Positions 1-10,000 of a DNA stretch of 64,000 nucleotides are shown piece after piece. How positions within the stretch are numbered: the stretch's first letter is position 1; each line of letters opens with the position of its first letter. The stretch comes from Nostoc sp. DedSLP01 (GTDB lineage Bacteria; Cyanobacteriota; Cyanobacteriia; Cyanobacteriales; Nostocaceae). The notes beneath the pieces were generated by a model, which searched no databases, was not told the DNA's origin, and was given only the letters and a program-made list of their open reading frames with translations. The stretch covers positions 160,001 to 224,000 of the forward strand of contig JAVRCJ020000005.1 in assembly GCA_034530875.2 (NCBI GenBank). The letters are read 5' to 3'. A program made the position numbers and the translations under genes.

Positions 1-1789
1 CCGCCAAAAATTCATCTTTGATGCGGTTTGCGGCTTCTGCTTGTTCGCGTGCCGCTTGTTCTCGTAACAGCAATTGTTCTCGTTCGGCTTCTGCTTTTCT
101 GCGTTCGCTAATGTCAGTATGAGTTCCCAACATCCGCAGGGGTTGCCCGTTATTATCCCACGAGACAATCTTGCCCACCGAGAGAATCCATTTCCAATCT
201 CCAGCTTTCGTGCGCTGCCTAAACTCGACTCGGTACTCCTCAAGTTTCCCCGCAGCGTAATCTTCAAACACCTGAGAAACTAGTGCTACATCATCGGGAT
301 GCAGGCGATCGCGCCACTTGGCATTAGTTTCCTGAAATTCATCCGCTTCGTAACCCAGCATCCACATATACTCTGGAGTCACAATTGCATCACCAGTTTG
401 CATATTCAGGTCATAAAGTCCCTGATTTGCTGCTGCTAAAGCTAAACGCAGACGTTCTTCGCTATCTCGCAGGGCTGCCTGTGCTTGCTGGCGTTGAGTA
501 ATGTCCTGAAGAATCAGTAAAATTCCGTTGACTCTGCCGCAGTCGTCATAAACGGGAGCCGCTGAAATATTGAGAAATACATTTGAACCATCGCGCCTGC
601 AACGATAGGTTTCTACACTAGAGAAAACTTCTCCTCTAATCACAGCCTCTCGTATTTGTTGGCATTCTTCGAGCTTTTCTTCTGGAACAATGGACAATTG
701 TTGACCTAAAATTTCTGCCTCACTCCAGCCAAATAATTCTTCTGCGGCTGCATTCCATAATTTCACCTTCAGATTTAATTCAATAACAACAATTGCCAGT
801 GGCGAAGCTTGAATCAGGGTACTCAAGGTTTGTAGGGTTTGTTGGAGTTCTTGTTGGACTTCTTTATATTCGGTAACGTCCATATTCACGCCAATCAAAC
901 GATTTGGCTGACTTCCGCCATCAAAAATTTTGGCCTTGGCAGCCAACCAGCGAATTTTGCCATTAGGAAGGATGATTCGCCATTCAGTGTCGAAGTCAAC
1001 TCCTTCGTTAACAGTTCTTTGGGCCGCCAGATCTGCCGCAGGGCGATCGTCTGGGTGCAAACGTTTTAACCAATGCTCGTAGCTGCCCTCAAAACTTCCT
1101 GGTGTCAGCCCAAATAAGGCTTCCATTTCTTCTGTCCAAATCAATTCTCCGGTTTGGATATTCCATTCACAAGTGCCGATTTTGCCGACTTGTTGTGCCA
1201 AAACTAAGCGTTCGCGACTCACCCGCAGAGCAATTTCCACCCGCTGTCGCTCATCAATTTCCTGCTGTAATTGCTGGTTAACTTGCATCAGTTCGGCAGT
1301 TCTGGACTCGACGCGCTGCTCTAGTTCTTCTTGCAGGCGTCGGAGTTGGTTTTCAACTTGCAAGCGTTCTTCAATTTGGGCGTGTAATGCTTTGTTTGCT
1401 TCCCTTAATTCCAACGGACTAGGCAAGGCTAGCGCTTGAGGAACAAGCGGTATGAGTTCGATCGCTGTAAATAAGGAAACGATCGCAGTTGCGGCTTTAA
1501 TCACCCCAGATAGCCAATAGGTAGGATGCCACAGCGTCCAGATTTCAGCAATGTGGGTCGTACCGCAGAAGATAATAAAAGCGCCAAATAATAAAAATAT
1601 CCAAGAGAAAGGTAAATCTTGCCGCCGACGAACAAAATAAAACAAAGTCAAAGGAATCGAATAATAAGCCAGCGCAATGATGGCATCAGAAATTATATGC
1701 AGCCAAACTAACCCTGGGTTCCAGAGGTAGCAGTGACCATGAGGAATAAATGAGCCTGCGCTAAATAAATTAACTACAAAGTCTTGCAT
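1..1789 (-). CDS. Hybrid PAS sensor histidine kinase with N-terminal ethylene-receptor-like membrane domain (C-terminus runs off window edge)
   Basis: Manual translation from ATG at 1789: MQDFVVNLFSAGSFIPHGHCYLW...SDAIIALAYYSIP...FGAFIIFCGTTH, then PAS repeats and AEAANRIKDEFLA (start of HisKA) at the window edge. Missing from the ORF track because it is truncated. Confidence 0.9.
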   Translation of the reverse strand, partial: MQDFVVNLFSAGSFIPHGHCYLWNPGLVWLHIISDAIIALAYYSIPLTLFYFVRRRQDLPFSWIFLLFGAFIIFCGTTHIAEIWTLWHPTYWLSGVIKAATAIVSLFTAIELIPLVPQALALPSPLELREANKALHAQIEERLQVENQLRRLQEELEQRVESRTAELMQVNQQLQQEIDERQRVEIALRVSRERLVLAQQVGKIGTCEWNIQTGELIWTEEMEALFGLTPGSFEGSYEHWLKRLHPDDRPAADLAAQRTVNEGVDFDTEWRIILPNGKIRWLAAKAKIFDGGSQPNRLIGVNMDVTEYKEVQQELQQTLQTLSTLIQASPLAIVVIELNLKVKLWNAAAEELFGWSEAEILGQQLSIVPEEKLEECQQIREAVIRGEVFSSVETYRCRRDGSNVFLNISAAPVYDDCGRVNGILLILQDITQRQQAQAALRDSEERLRLALAAANQGLYDLNMQTGDAIVTPEYMWMLGYEADEFQETNAKWRDRLHPDDVALVSQVFEDYAAGKLEEYRVEFRQRTKAGDWKWILSVGKIVSWDNNGQPLRMLGTHTDISERRKAEAEREQLLLREQAAREQAEAANRIKDEFLA

Positions 1790-1840
1790 ACCACTGAAAA
1801 CTAGGCTGATAGAAAAAATTAAAGAATAACAGTCCGAGTT

Positions 1841-2136
1841 ATACCAATTCAAAATTCAAAATTTAAAATTCAAAATTAATAAAACTAGATATTATACCAA
1901 GTTGACAAAGACAGTATGTTTGGCAAGCAGACTAATACCATTTCACTTTAATGATACGCATAGGCAAGCAGAGGAGCAGAGGAAGTAATTATTATCAATA
2001 ATTTCGTGAATTGCTATAAAGTCTTGGAAACAAACTTTATAAATATTTTCACAGTGTATATTAATTACGAATTACGAATTAGTATCGCAACGGTTTGACT
2101 ATATGTATCGGAAGCATTCTTTTTTCAAATTGGTAT
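1841..2136. mobile_element. Three nested MITE-like elements with ATACC...GGTAT-type ends
   Basis: Outer element matches the uninterrupted copy at 54880-54983 (inverted). It is split by 1894-2085 (ATACCAA...TTAGTAT), which is split by 1935-2017 (ATACCATTTCAC...GTGAATTGCTAT). Confidence 0.65.
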
Positions 2137-2181
2137 TAGATATTAAATATACTGTTGGTAGAAATTATCAATGAAGTCAGG

Positions 2182-2284
2182 AGGCAGCCCCGATGAAACA
2201 AGTTTCACAAGCCTTAAATGAAAGTGTCTTTCTCCCCCTGCTCTTTTTCTAGCTAGTAGGCAGTCCCGATGAAACAAGTTTCAC
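2182..2284. repeat. 27-bp direct repeat pair AGGCAGYCCCGATGAAACAAGTTTCAC
   Basis: Copies at 2182-2208 and 2258-2284, one mismatch; each contains a TGAAAC-AA-GTTTCA hairpin. Confidence 0.8.
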
Positions 2285-2435
2285 CGCCATGCATGAAAAA
2301 GGAATATCCCCTACACCCCACACCCCGCACCCTACACCCTTTTTGAAGGCAGGAAGAAAACTAACCCCTAACTCCTGCTGATACTGTCAGAACAAGGTGA
2401 AACACCTCACCAAATTAAAATTTGGTGGCTCTTAT

Positions 2436-5400
2436 TCAGGAGGGGTCTGAATCCCCTTCTGAATAAAAACCTCCTGCCTTCTGCCTTCTGCCTCTTGCCT
2501 CCTTCAACAGTTCTGAAATGGCATTGATTAATACTTCCGGTTCGACAGGTTTGGCAATATGTTTGTGAAAGCCGACTTTGAGGGCTTGCTGTTGGTCATA
2601 TTCTCCAGCATAGGCCGAAAGAGCGATCGCTGGGATCTTTGCGCCTTGTTGTGGCGATCGGCTGCGAATTTGCTGCATCAGGGTATAGCCATCCATATCT
2701 GGCATTCCCAGGTCGCTAATCAAAATATGTGGCGCTTGGCGCTCAAACAGCATCAACGCCTCAGCAGCAGAAGCCGCAATGGTAACTTGCGCTCCCTGTT
2801 GTTCGAGAATGAACCGGACTAAATCGCGCATATCTGCTTCGTCATCCACGACTAAAATTTGTAGCTGACTGAAGTCAATCAATTGAGTAGTCGCAGAAAT
2901 TTCTGGCTCTGGGGCTGTGGCAACAACCATCAAAGGTAATTTCACGGTGAATGTGGCTCCTTGTCCTTCACCTTGGCTCTGTGCGTGAATTGTGCCGCCA
3001 TGCAGTTCGGTCAAATGGCGAACAATCGCTAACCCTAAGCCCAGCCCACCAAACTTGCGAGTAATTTTGCTGTCTTCTTGGCGAAAGTAGTCAAAAACGA
3101 ATGGTAAAAAGTCTGGAGTGATACCAATACCTGTATCCTTGACTTGAATTTGAGCATAGTTATTAACTTGCTCTAAGCGAATTTCTACCTTGCCGCTATT
3201 CGGTGTAAATTTAATGGCATTGGAAAGTAAATTCCAGACAATTTGTTGCAGTCTTGCTGAATCTCCCGAGATTTTTGCGTTATTCAAGGCGATCGCAGTT
3301 TCGATTTGAATCTGTTTTGCCTCTGCTGCTAACTGTACCGTCTCTAGAGCCGATTCAATAATCTGAACTGGATTGACGGGATAAATCTTCAAAGCTATTT
3401 TGCCGCGTAAAATCCGAGAGACATCAAGCAAATCGTCTATGAGTTGGGTTTGCAGCTTGGCATTGCGTTCGATTGTCTCTAGGGCGCGTTGTCTTGAGGG
3501 TGCATCTAACTTACCCGACTGGAGTAGTTTTGCCCAGCCCAAAATCGGGTTGAGAGGCGATCGCAATTCATGAGATAGTACCGCTAGAAACTCATCTTTA
3601 ATTCTGTTGGCGGCTTCTGCTTGTTCGCGGGCGGCTTGTTCCCTGGCTAGGAGTTGTTCTCGTTCGGCTTCTGCCTGTTTGCGTTGGGTGATGTCGCTAA
3701 AGGAGATTGCTACGCCATCTTCTAACTTGACTGCCATATTGCGGAACCAGCTAACGATTCCGTCTGCGTTGTAAAATAATTCAATATCGTGGGCAACTCC
3801 TGTTTCTACAACTTTTACATAGCGTTCAAATAATTCACTTTTGGTTTTATGACCGGGAAGTACTTGCAGCAACCGTTGACCGATCGAGTCTTGAACGGGA
3901 CGCTGAATAATCTCGGCTGCTTTGGGATTGAGGTAAATGCAGACAAAATCAACGATCGCTCCGGTTTCATCTCGGACACTTTCCAAAATGGTAAATGCAT
4001 CTAGGGATAACTCTTGACTGATGCGGAAGCGTTCTTTACTCCGTCGCAGCGCCTCTTGGGTGCGTCTGCGATCGCTAATGTCAATCAAGTTTGCCACCGC
4101 CCCGACAATTTGTCCGTCTTTGAGCAAAGGTGCGGCACTAGCCAGGATGTCATAGTAGCTACCATCGGCGCGTACCATGCGCGACTCCAAGGCGTTATTT
4201 ACTTCTCCCCTTAAAGCTCTCGATATTGCATAATTTTCTAAGGGAATGACGCTTCCCTCGACATCGTAGGCAGTTCCCCAGCTGGAAACATCCAGGTCAA
4301 GGGCGGTGCTATTTGGGTCTTGCTGCGCTAGTCGCCTCGCTTGGGGATTGGCAAATGTGACTTTTCCGGAAGCATCGCACACCAGAATGGCATCAGCAGC
4401 ATTGTTCAAGATGATTTCTAACAAGTGCCGTTGTTCGCTTAGTTCTGCTTCGGCTTGCTTGCGTTCGGTAATATCAAAAAACAAACCATCCCAAGCTTCT
4501 CCGTATTCGGTTTGTTCTGGGCGGGAACGTCCCTGAATCCATTTGAGTTTTCCCGATGGTGTAATAATTCGCCCTTCCCATTGCCAAACAAGCGAATTTT
4601 TCACAGCGTTGGCCACTGAATATTCAAAAGACGGCAAGTCATCAGGATGAATCAAGCTCAAGAAAGAATTGGCATCTTGCAAAATCGTTTCTGGTTCCAA
4701 TTCAGCCAGTTCGCGGGAACCAGAACTGACATAAGTAAAGGCAGGCGTACCATTGCCATCGCCAAAGGGAGCATAACGATAGACGATTCCTGGCATATTG
4801 CTAACCAGCACTTGAAACCTGGCTTCGCTTTGGCGCAGTGCTGATTCTGCTTGCTTGCGTTCGTGAATGTCGGTATCCATACCAATCCACTCGCGCACTG
4901 AACCGTCGGCATTGAATAAAGGAACCGCACGGGCAATAATATGGCGATACTCACCGCTAGGAGCGTGCCACAGCCGCCCCTCAACTTCATAAAATGCCCG
5001 TTTTGTCAAGGAATGTTCCCAGCGTGCTTTTAATTCTTCCCGATCTTGGGGATGAATCATTTCTAGCCAACCCCATCCAGCGTATTGTTCCCAACTTTGC
5101 CCGGTGTAAGCTTCCCACGCAGGCTGAGAATTAATAAAGGCACCATTGGCGTCAGTTGTCCAGACAAGTGCTGCCGTTGTTAACACCAGCAAACGATACC
5201 GTTCCTCGCTGGTTCGCAGTGCTGTTTCTACTTGCTTGCGTTCGCTGATATCCCAAGCAATACCCAGACAACCGGAATTTCCTTCGACATCGTGGGTTAA
5301 ATTCGCCCAAATCTCTAAATCCACCATCCGCCCATCTTTAGCTTGATGCTGGACTTCAAATCCGTTGAGCGATCGCCCGCTTAATACTGTTTCCAGGCTG

Positions 5401-7091
5401 GCAAGAAATTCTTTTTGTCGATGCGGCACCGTTGGCATAAATCGCCCGATGGCTTCTTGGGCACTCCAGCCAAAGATTCCCTCGGCGGCACGATTCCATA
5501 ACCTGACAATTCCTTGCGGATCGAAAAAAGCAATGGCGACGGGACACACATCAATCAGAGTTTGTAGCGTTTGATTGGTGCGCCTCAGTGTTTCCTCTGT
5601 ACGTTTGCGCTCGGTAATATCTAAAAATGCAGCTACCGAGCCTCTTACGGCTCCCTGCTTATTTAGTAGGGGTTTGGCGTAACCAAACAAATTAAATACA
5701 CTGCCATCGCCCCGGACAATATCCACTTCAGTACCTTTAATTTCTGTTTTGTGAATGGCGGCGTAGCGCAGGGGAAATTCATTCAGGGTGAGTTCCCGAT
5801 CGCCCTGGAAGAGTTTGTAGGCTGGAGGCGGTGCATTCGCTGGAGTGTAGGAAACATTGGCATCAACAGCCAGACCTAAAATTGCAGCAAACGCTGGGTT
5901 AGATTTAACGTGTTTAAATTCTGGGTCTTGGCTGAGTAGCACGCCAATGGGAATCACCTCAAACAGCGTTTGCATGTCTTGATTTAGGGAGGCGATCGCC
6001 TGTTCTCTGGCTTCGAGGGCAGCTGCCATCTCATTAAAGGCTCTCCCCAGTTGCCCTAGTTCTCCCGCTTCCCCAGCAAGTTCGCTGCGGGCGGTGAAAT
6101 CGCCGCTTTGGATTTTCTGGGTCGTCTGTACCAGAGACTTCACCTTGCGAGTCAAGAAGACATCCCCCCCGACCCAGGCAACCGTTAGCGCCAAAACAGT
6201 AACACATCCCAGCACCATCAGGTTTTGTCCCAGAAGCCGGTCGGCTTGGGTAAAAACAACCAGCTTGGGAACGCCAATTCTGATATGTACATCTCGATCG
6301 CTGGCGTTAGTGCCTAAGGTTGTAAAAGCGTAGAATCGCTGGATGCCATCCAAACTCATGGCTTCGGCGGTACCTTCTATTTGGGATAACACCACTTTGG
6401 TCATGGGAGCATTGGGAACGGATTTTCCCATCCACTTTTGCGAATCTGGGTAGCGTATCAGAATAGTTCCCTGGCGATCGGTTACTGTAACTGTCGATCC
6501 CTGTGGCAACTTCATCTCGCCTGCCAGCCGATCGAACCAAGCCAAATCCAATGCTGCCACTACAACTGCCTGGACTTGCCCCGACCGATTCAATATCGGA
6601 TAAGCAAAATTCAGCGTTGGTTTGCCCGTTATCCGACCGATTTGAAATTCCCCAATGGCAAAGTCATGAGTCTCCTTAGCCAAGCGGAAGTAAGGGCGAT
6701 CGCTGACATTTATCGGCTTTTTCGCTACGGGAGCGCTACAAATTAAGTTACCTGCCCCATCAACCACCCCGAAACCTGCGTAGAAGTGGTATTGTTTGAG
6801 CAGATTTACTAGCAGGCGATCGCACTCATCAACATTTCTTTGGCGAATATCAGGCATTTGAGCCAAAGCAATTAGCAATTGCCGTGCCGCTTCAGTGGTT
6901 TGTCGCTGATTGGCGGCTGCCACTTTCACCAAGCGCAGCAGGTTCTCCTGTGCTTCTATGGCTGCACTCTGTCGTTGAGCCGTGGCAGTGTAAAGGATCG
7001 ATCCCAATGCCGGAATCACTGCCAGGAAGAAGAGCAACATCAGGCGAGTCCGGAGGCTGCATAAGCTGGGGTGACGGAACCAGGAGTGCAT
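2436..7091 (-). CDS. Hybrid sensor histidine kinase (TM-dCache-TM-HAMP-multi-PAS-HisKA-HATPase-REC)
   Basis: Two TM segments around a Cache-like domain (DRPYF), HAMP (GELGQLGRAFNEM), PAS repeats, H-box SHELRSPL, G-boxes GLGLGL, C-terminal receiver. Confidence 0.92.
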   Translation of the reverse strand: MHSWFRHPSLCSLRTRLMLLFFLAVIPALGSILYTATAQRQSAAIEAQENLLRLVKVAAANQRQTTEAARQLLIALAQMPDIRQRNVDECDRLLVNLLKQYHFYAGFGVVDGAGNLICSAPVAKKPINVSDRPYFRLAKETHDFAIGEFQIGRITGKPTLNFAYPILNRSGQVQAVVVAALDLAWFDRLAGEMKLPQGSTVTVTDRQGTILIRYPDSQKWMGKSVPNAPMTKVVLSQIEGTAEAMSLDGIQRFYAFTTLGTNASDRDVHIRIGVPKLVVFTQADRLLGQNLMVLGCVTVLALTVAWVGGDVFLTRKVKSLVQTTQKIQSGDFTARSELAGEAGELGQLGRAFNEMAAALEAREQAIASLNQDMQTLFEVIPIGVLLSQDPEFKHVKSNPAFAAILGLAVDANVSYTPANAPPPAYKLFQGDRELTLNEFPLRYAAIHKTEIKGTEVDIVRGDGSVFNLFGYAKPLLNKQGAVRGSVAAFLDITERKRTEETLRRTNQTLQTLIDVCPVAIAFFDPQGIVRLWNRAAEGIFGWSAQEAIGRFMPTVPHRQKEFLASLETVLSGRSLNGFEVQHQAKDGRMVDLEIWANLTHDVEGNSGCLGIAWDISERKQVETALRTSEERYRLLVLTTAALVWTTDANGAFINSQPAWEAYTGQSWEQYAGWGWLEMIHPQDREELKARWEHSLTKRAFYEVEGRLWHAPSGEYRHIIARAVPLFNADGSVREWIGMDTDIHERKQAESALRQSEARFQVLVSNMPGIVYRYAPFGDGNGTPAFTYVSSGSRELAELEPETILQDANSFLSLIHPDDLPSFEYSVANAVKNSLVWQWEGRIITPSGKLKWIQGRSRPEQTEYGEAWDGLFFDITERKQAEAELSEQRHLLEIILNNAADAILVCDASGKVTFANPQARRLAQQDPNSTALDLDVSSWGTAYDVEGSVIPLENYAISRALRGEVNNALESRMVRADGSYYDILASAAPLLKDGQIVGAVANLIDISDRRRTQEALRRSKERFRISQELSLDAFTILESVRDETGAIVDFVCIYLNPKAAEIIQRPVQDSIGQRLLQVLPGHKTKSELFERYVKVVETGVAHDIELFYNADGIVSWFRNMAVKLEDGVAISFSDITQRKQAEAEREQLLAREQAAREQAEAANRIKDEFLAVLSHELRSPLNPILGWAKLLQSGKLDAPSRQRALETIERNAKLQTQLIDDLLDVSRILRGKIALKIYPVNPVQIIESALETVQLAAEAKQIQIETAIALNNAKISGDSARLQQIVWNLLSNAIKFTPNSGKVEIRLEQVNNYAQIQVKDTGIGITPDFLPFVFDYFRQEDSKITRKFGGLGLGLAIVRHLTELHGGTIHAQSQGEGQGATFTVKLPLMVVATAPEPEISATTQLIDFSQLQILVVDDEADMRDLVRFILEQQGAQVTIAASAAEALMLFERQAPHILISDLGMPDMDGYTLMQQIRSRSPQQGAKIPAIALSAYAGEYDQQQALKVGFHKHIAKPVEPEVLINAISELLKEARGRRQKAGGFYSEGDSDPS

Positions 7092-10000
7092 TACGGTTTC
7101 GTTTGACCTCCAACTTGTTGAACTAAGTCTGTTATCGCTTTGACTAAAACTTCTGGCTCTACGGGTTTGGGTACGTGCCGTTGGAAGCCTGCCAACATCG
7201 CTTGTTGGTAGTCGATTTCTCCGGCATAAGCAGTCAGGGCAATGGCTTTGATTTGTCCCCCTTGTGCTGGCGCTAAGGCTCTGACTTGCCGCATTAGCAT
7301 ATAACCGTCCATCTGGGGCATCCCAATATCGCTGACTAGCACATCTGACTGGGACTGAGTTAAAGTGGCGATCGCTTCTACGGCTGAGGCTACGGCAGTT
7401 ACCTCTGCTTGGTAGTGTTTCAGCATGAAGGCGAGGAACTCTCGCGTATCGGTATCATCATCGACTACCAAAACTTTAATGCCCTGCAAGCTCAAAGATG
7501 GCTGAGATTGTCGATTGTCTGAGTTTATTGGGGACGGATTGAGCAAACTCGGCAGTCTGACGATAAAAGTTGCCCCTTGCCCAACGCCACGACTTTGTGC
7601 TTGGACTGTGCCGCCATGCAGTTCTACTAAGTGACGGACAATGGCCAATCCTAACCCCAGTCCGCCAAATTTGCGAGTTGTCGCGCCATCTTCTTGGCGG
7701 AAGTAGTCAAAGACGAATGGCAGAAAGTCTGGGTCAATTCCCCTACCTGTATCGCTGATGCTAATCTGGGCAAAACCACCAACTCGTTCTAAGCGAATGT
7801 CTACTCGTCCCCCGACATCGGTGAACTTAACGGCATTGGAAAGGAGATTCCAAATTACTTGTTGTAGTCGGTTAGGATCGCCGGATACCTGAAACTTGGG
7901 ATTTGGCGAATTACCGTAGGTAAAGGTTAGCGAATCCGACGCACCAGAAGGGCTGTCAAGACCAGTGGTATATGGAGGAAACCCCCAAAGCTGGGCTGTC
8001 TCCTGTGCGACCGACTCTGGCTGACGAATTTTTGATTTTGGTTTTTCGGCTGGTTCTTGAGAGTCTCGATCGAGAAAGGCAGAGGGCAGAGGGCAGGAGG
8101 CAGAAGGAATACTGCCTTCTGTACTCTGCTGCGGCCAAGGGGAGCAAGGGTTTAAGACCCCCATTGAACTCTCGTTCAGTGGCTCTCCTTCAGGAGGGGT
8201 TGAATCTCCTTGAAGCTTACTCCTTCTGCCCTCTGCCGACGCTCGCGGACTCGCTAACGCTGCGCTATCCTGCCTTCTGCCTTCTTCAATTTCCAGTCCC
8301 AAATCTAAAATCGGAAATCCTAAGTTGATGGACTTAGCTCGAGCTGCTAATCTTACCGTTTCCATTGCTGCTTGAATCGTCCTGACTAAATCGACGCGGG
8401 AAACCTTGAGGCTGAGTTTACCTCGGAGAATCCGAGAGACATCGAGCAAGTCTTCAATCAGTTCCGATTGCAACTTGGCATTGCGTTCGATGACATCTAA
8501 GGCTTGAGCCGTCTTAGCTTCGTCAAGCTTGGCTGTTTTCAAAAGCTGCGACCAGCCTAAGATGGGGTTGAGGGGCGATCGCAATTCGTGTGACAGAACG
8601 GCTAAAAACTCATCTTTAATGCGGTTGGCTTGTTGCAATTGTTCGGCTTGTTGCTGGATGGAACTCAGCAATTCTGCCCGTTCTAGGGCGATGGCTATTT
8701 GGTCGCAGGTCGATTGTAATAGGTTAGTTTCTTCTAAAGTAAAACGCTCTCTGATTAAACTGCAAAATGACAGCGACCCCAACAACCGCCCGCGGACGAT
8801 TAATGGTTGACCGGCATAAGCGGTAATTTTCATGGAGTTGAGCATTTTTGCGTGCGGTTCGCGGGCAATTTGCGCTGCATCGAGAACAATTTGCCGCTGC
8901 TGTTGTGCCACCAATCCACACATGTACTGACCAAAGTCAACCCATTCGATTGAACGAGCTACATCATCAGCAAGCCCGCCATAGTTTGTCAGATGCAGCA
9001 TCAAGCGGTTGTCTTTTTCCTCAACCATGTAATTGTAGTAGCAATGCAACTCCAGCTGCTCTGAAAGTTTGCTGAATAAATTTGTCATCAACTGCATGGG
9101 GTGTGCGGCAGCGAGTAAATCGCGGGTCGTCTCATAAAGCAGATGCAAGCGTTGGTCTGCTTGCCGTTTTGCAGTTTTGTCTTGCAAAATTTTCACAAAC
9201 CCATGTATGTCACCTGCTTCATTTTGCAACGGCATCATTAAACCACTCGCCCAAAATCGCGTTCCGTCTTGACGCACATGCCAACGTTCGTTGTCGGCGC
9301 GTTCTTGAGTCAAGGCTGTTTGCATTTCCCATTCGGCGCGTCCTTGCTCGTTATCTTCTGGGGTGAAAATAATGCGAACGTTGCGGCCTAAAGCTTCTGT
9401 CTCGGTGTAGCCCAAGAGCTTTTGAGCGCCAAAATTCCAACTGGCAATTGTGCCGTTGAGGTCGAGGGTGAAAATGGCATAATCTTTGGCGCTTTCCACC
9501 ATCAGCCGGAAACGGGATTCACTCTCGGCGATCGCTATCCGCGCTAATACTTGGGCGGAAATGTCCCGGAAGTAGCAAACTACACCGTAGCGTCCCTCTG
9601 GCAGGGGAATGCGGTTGATTTGCCACTCATAATATTCGATGGCGTTGCGATCGCGCCGTTGCTTGATTTGCTCTGGGACAAAATACGGCTCCCCTGTTTC
9701 TAGGGTGTGGCGAAAACGCTGGACGACTTCATCTGCATACTCTTGCGGCCACAGAATGTGGATGACCTCAGCGAAGTCTCGACCGATTAAACCCGGAATA
9801 TCTGCAAAAGCTGGCAATGCTGTAGGATTCACCTGTCGGATGCGAAAGTCGCCATCAATCGAGTAGACGCCAAGGGGGGCTGCATTAAAGAGCGTTTGCA
9901 ACTGTGCCTGACTCGATTGCAAAGCTTCCTGTGCCTGCTGGCGCTCGGTGATATCTTGAAACAAAAGTACCATCGTATTGTTGCTATCTAATAGCGCAGC

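Noticed and set aside
2182..2284. Possible hammerhead ribozyme or mini-CRISPR in the GATGAAAC repeat
   Set aside because: Core reads CCGATGA rather than CTGATGA, required stems are missing, and there are only two copies
7893..8325. Intein or self-splicing intron in the kinase
   Set aside because: No intein terminal motifs or group I/II intron features; composed of repeats
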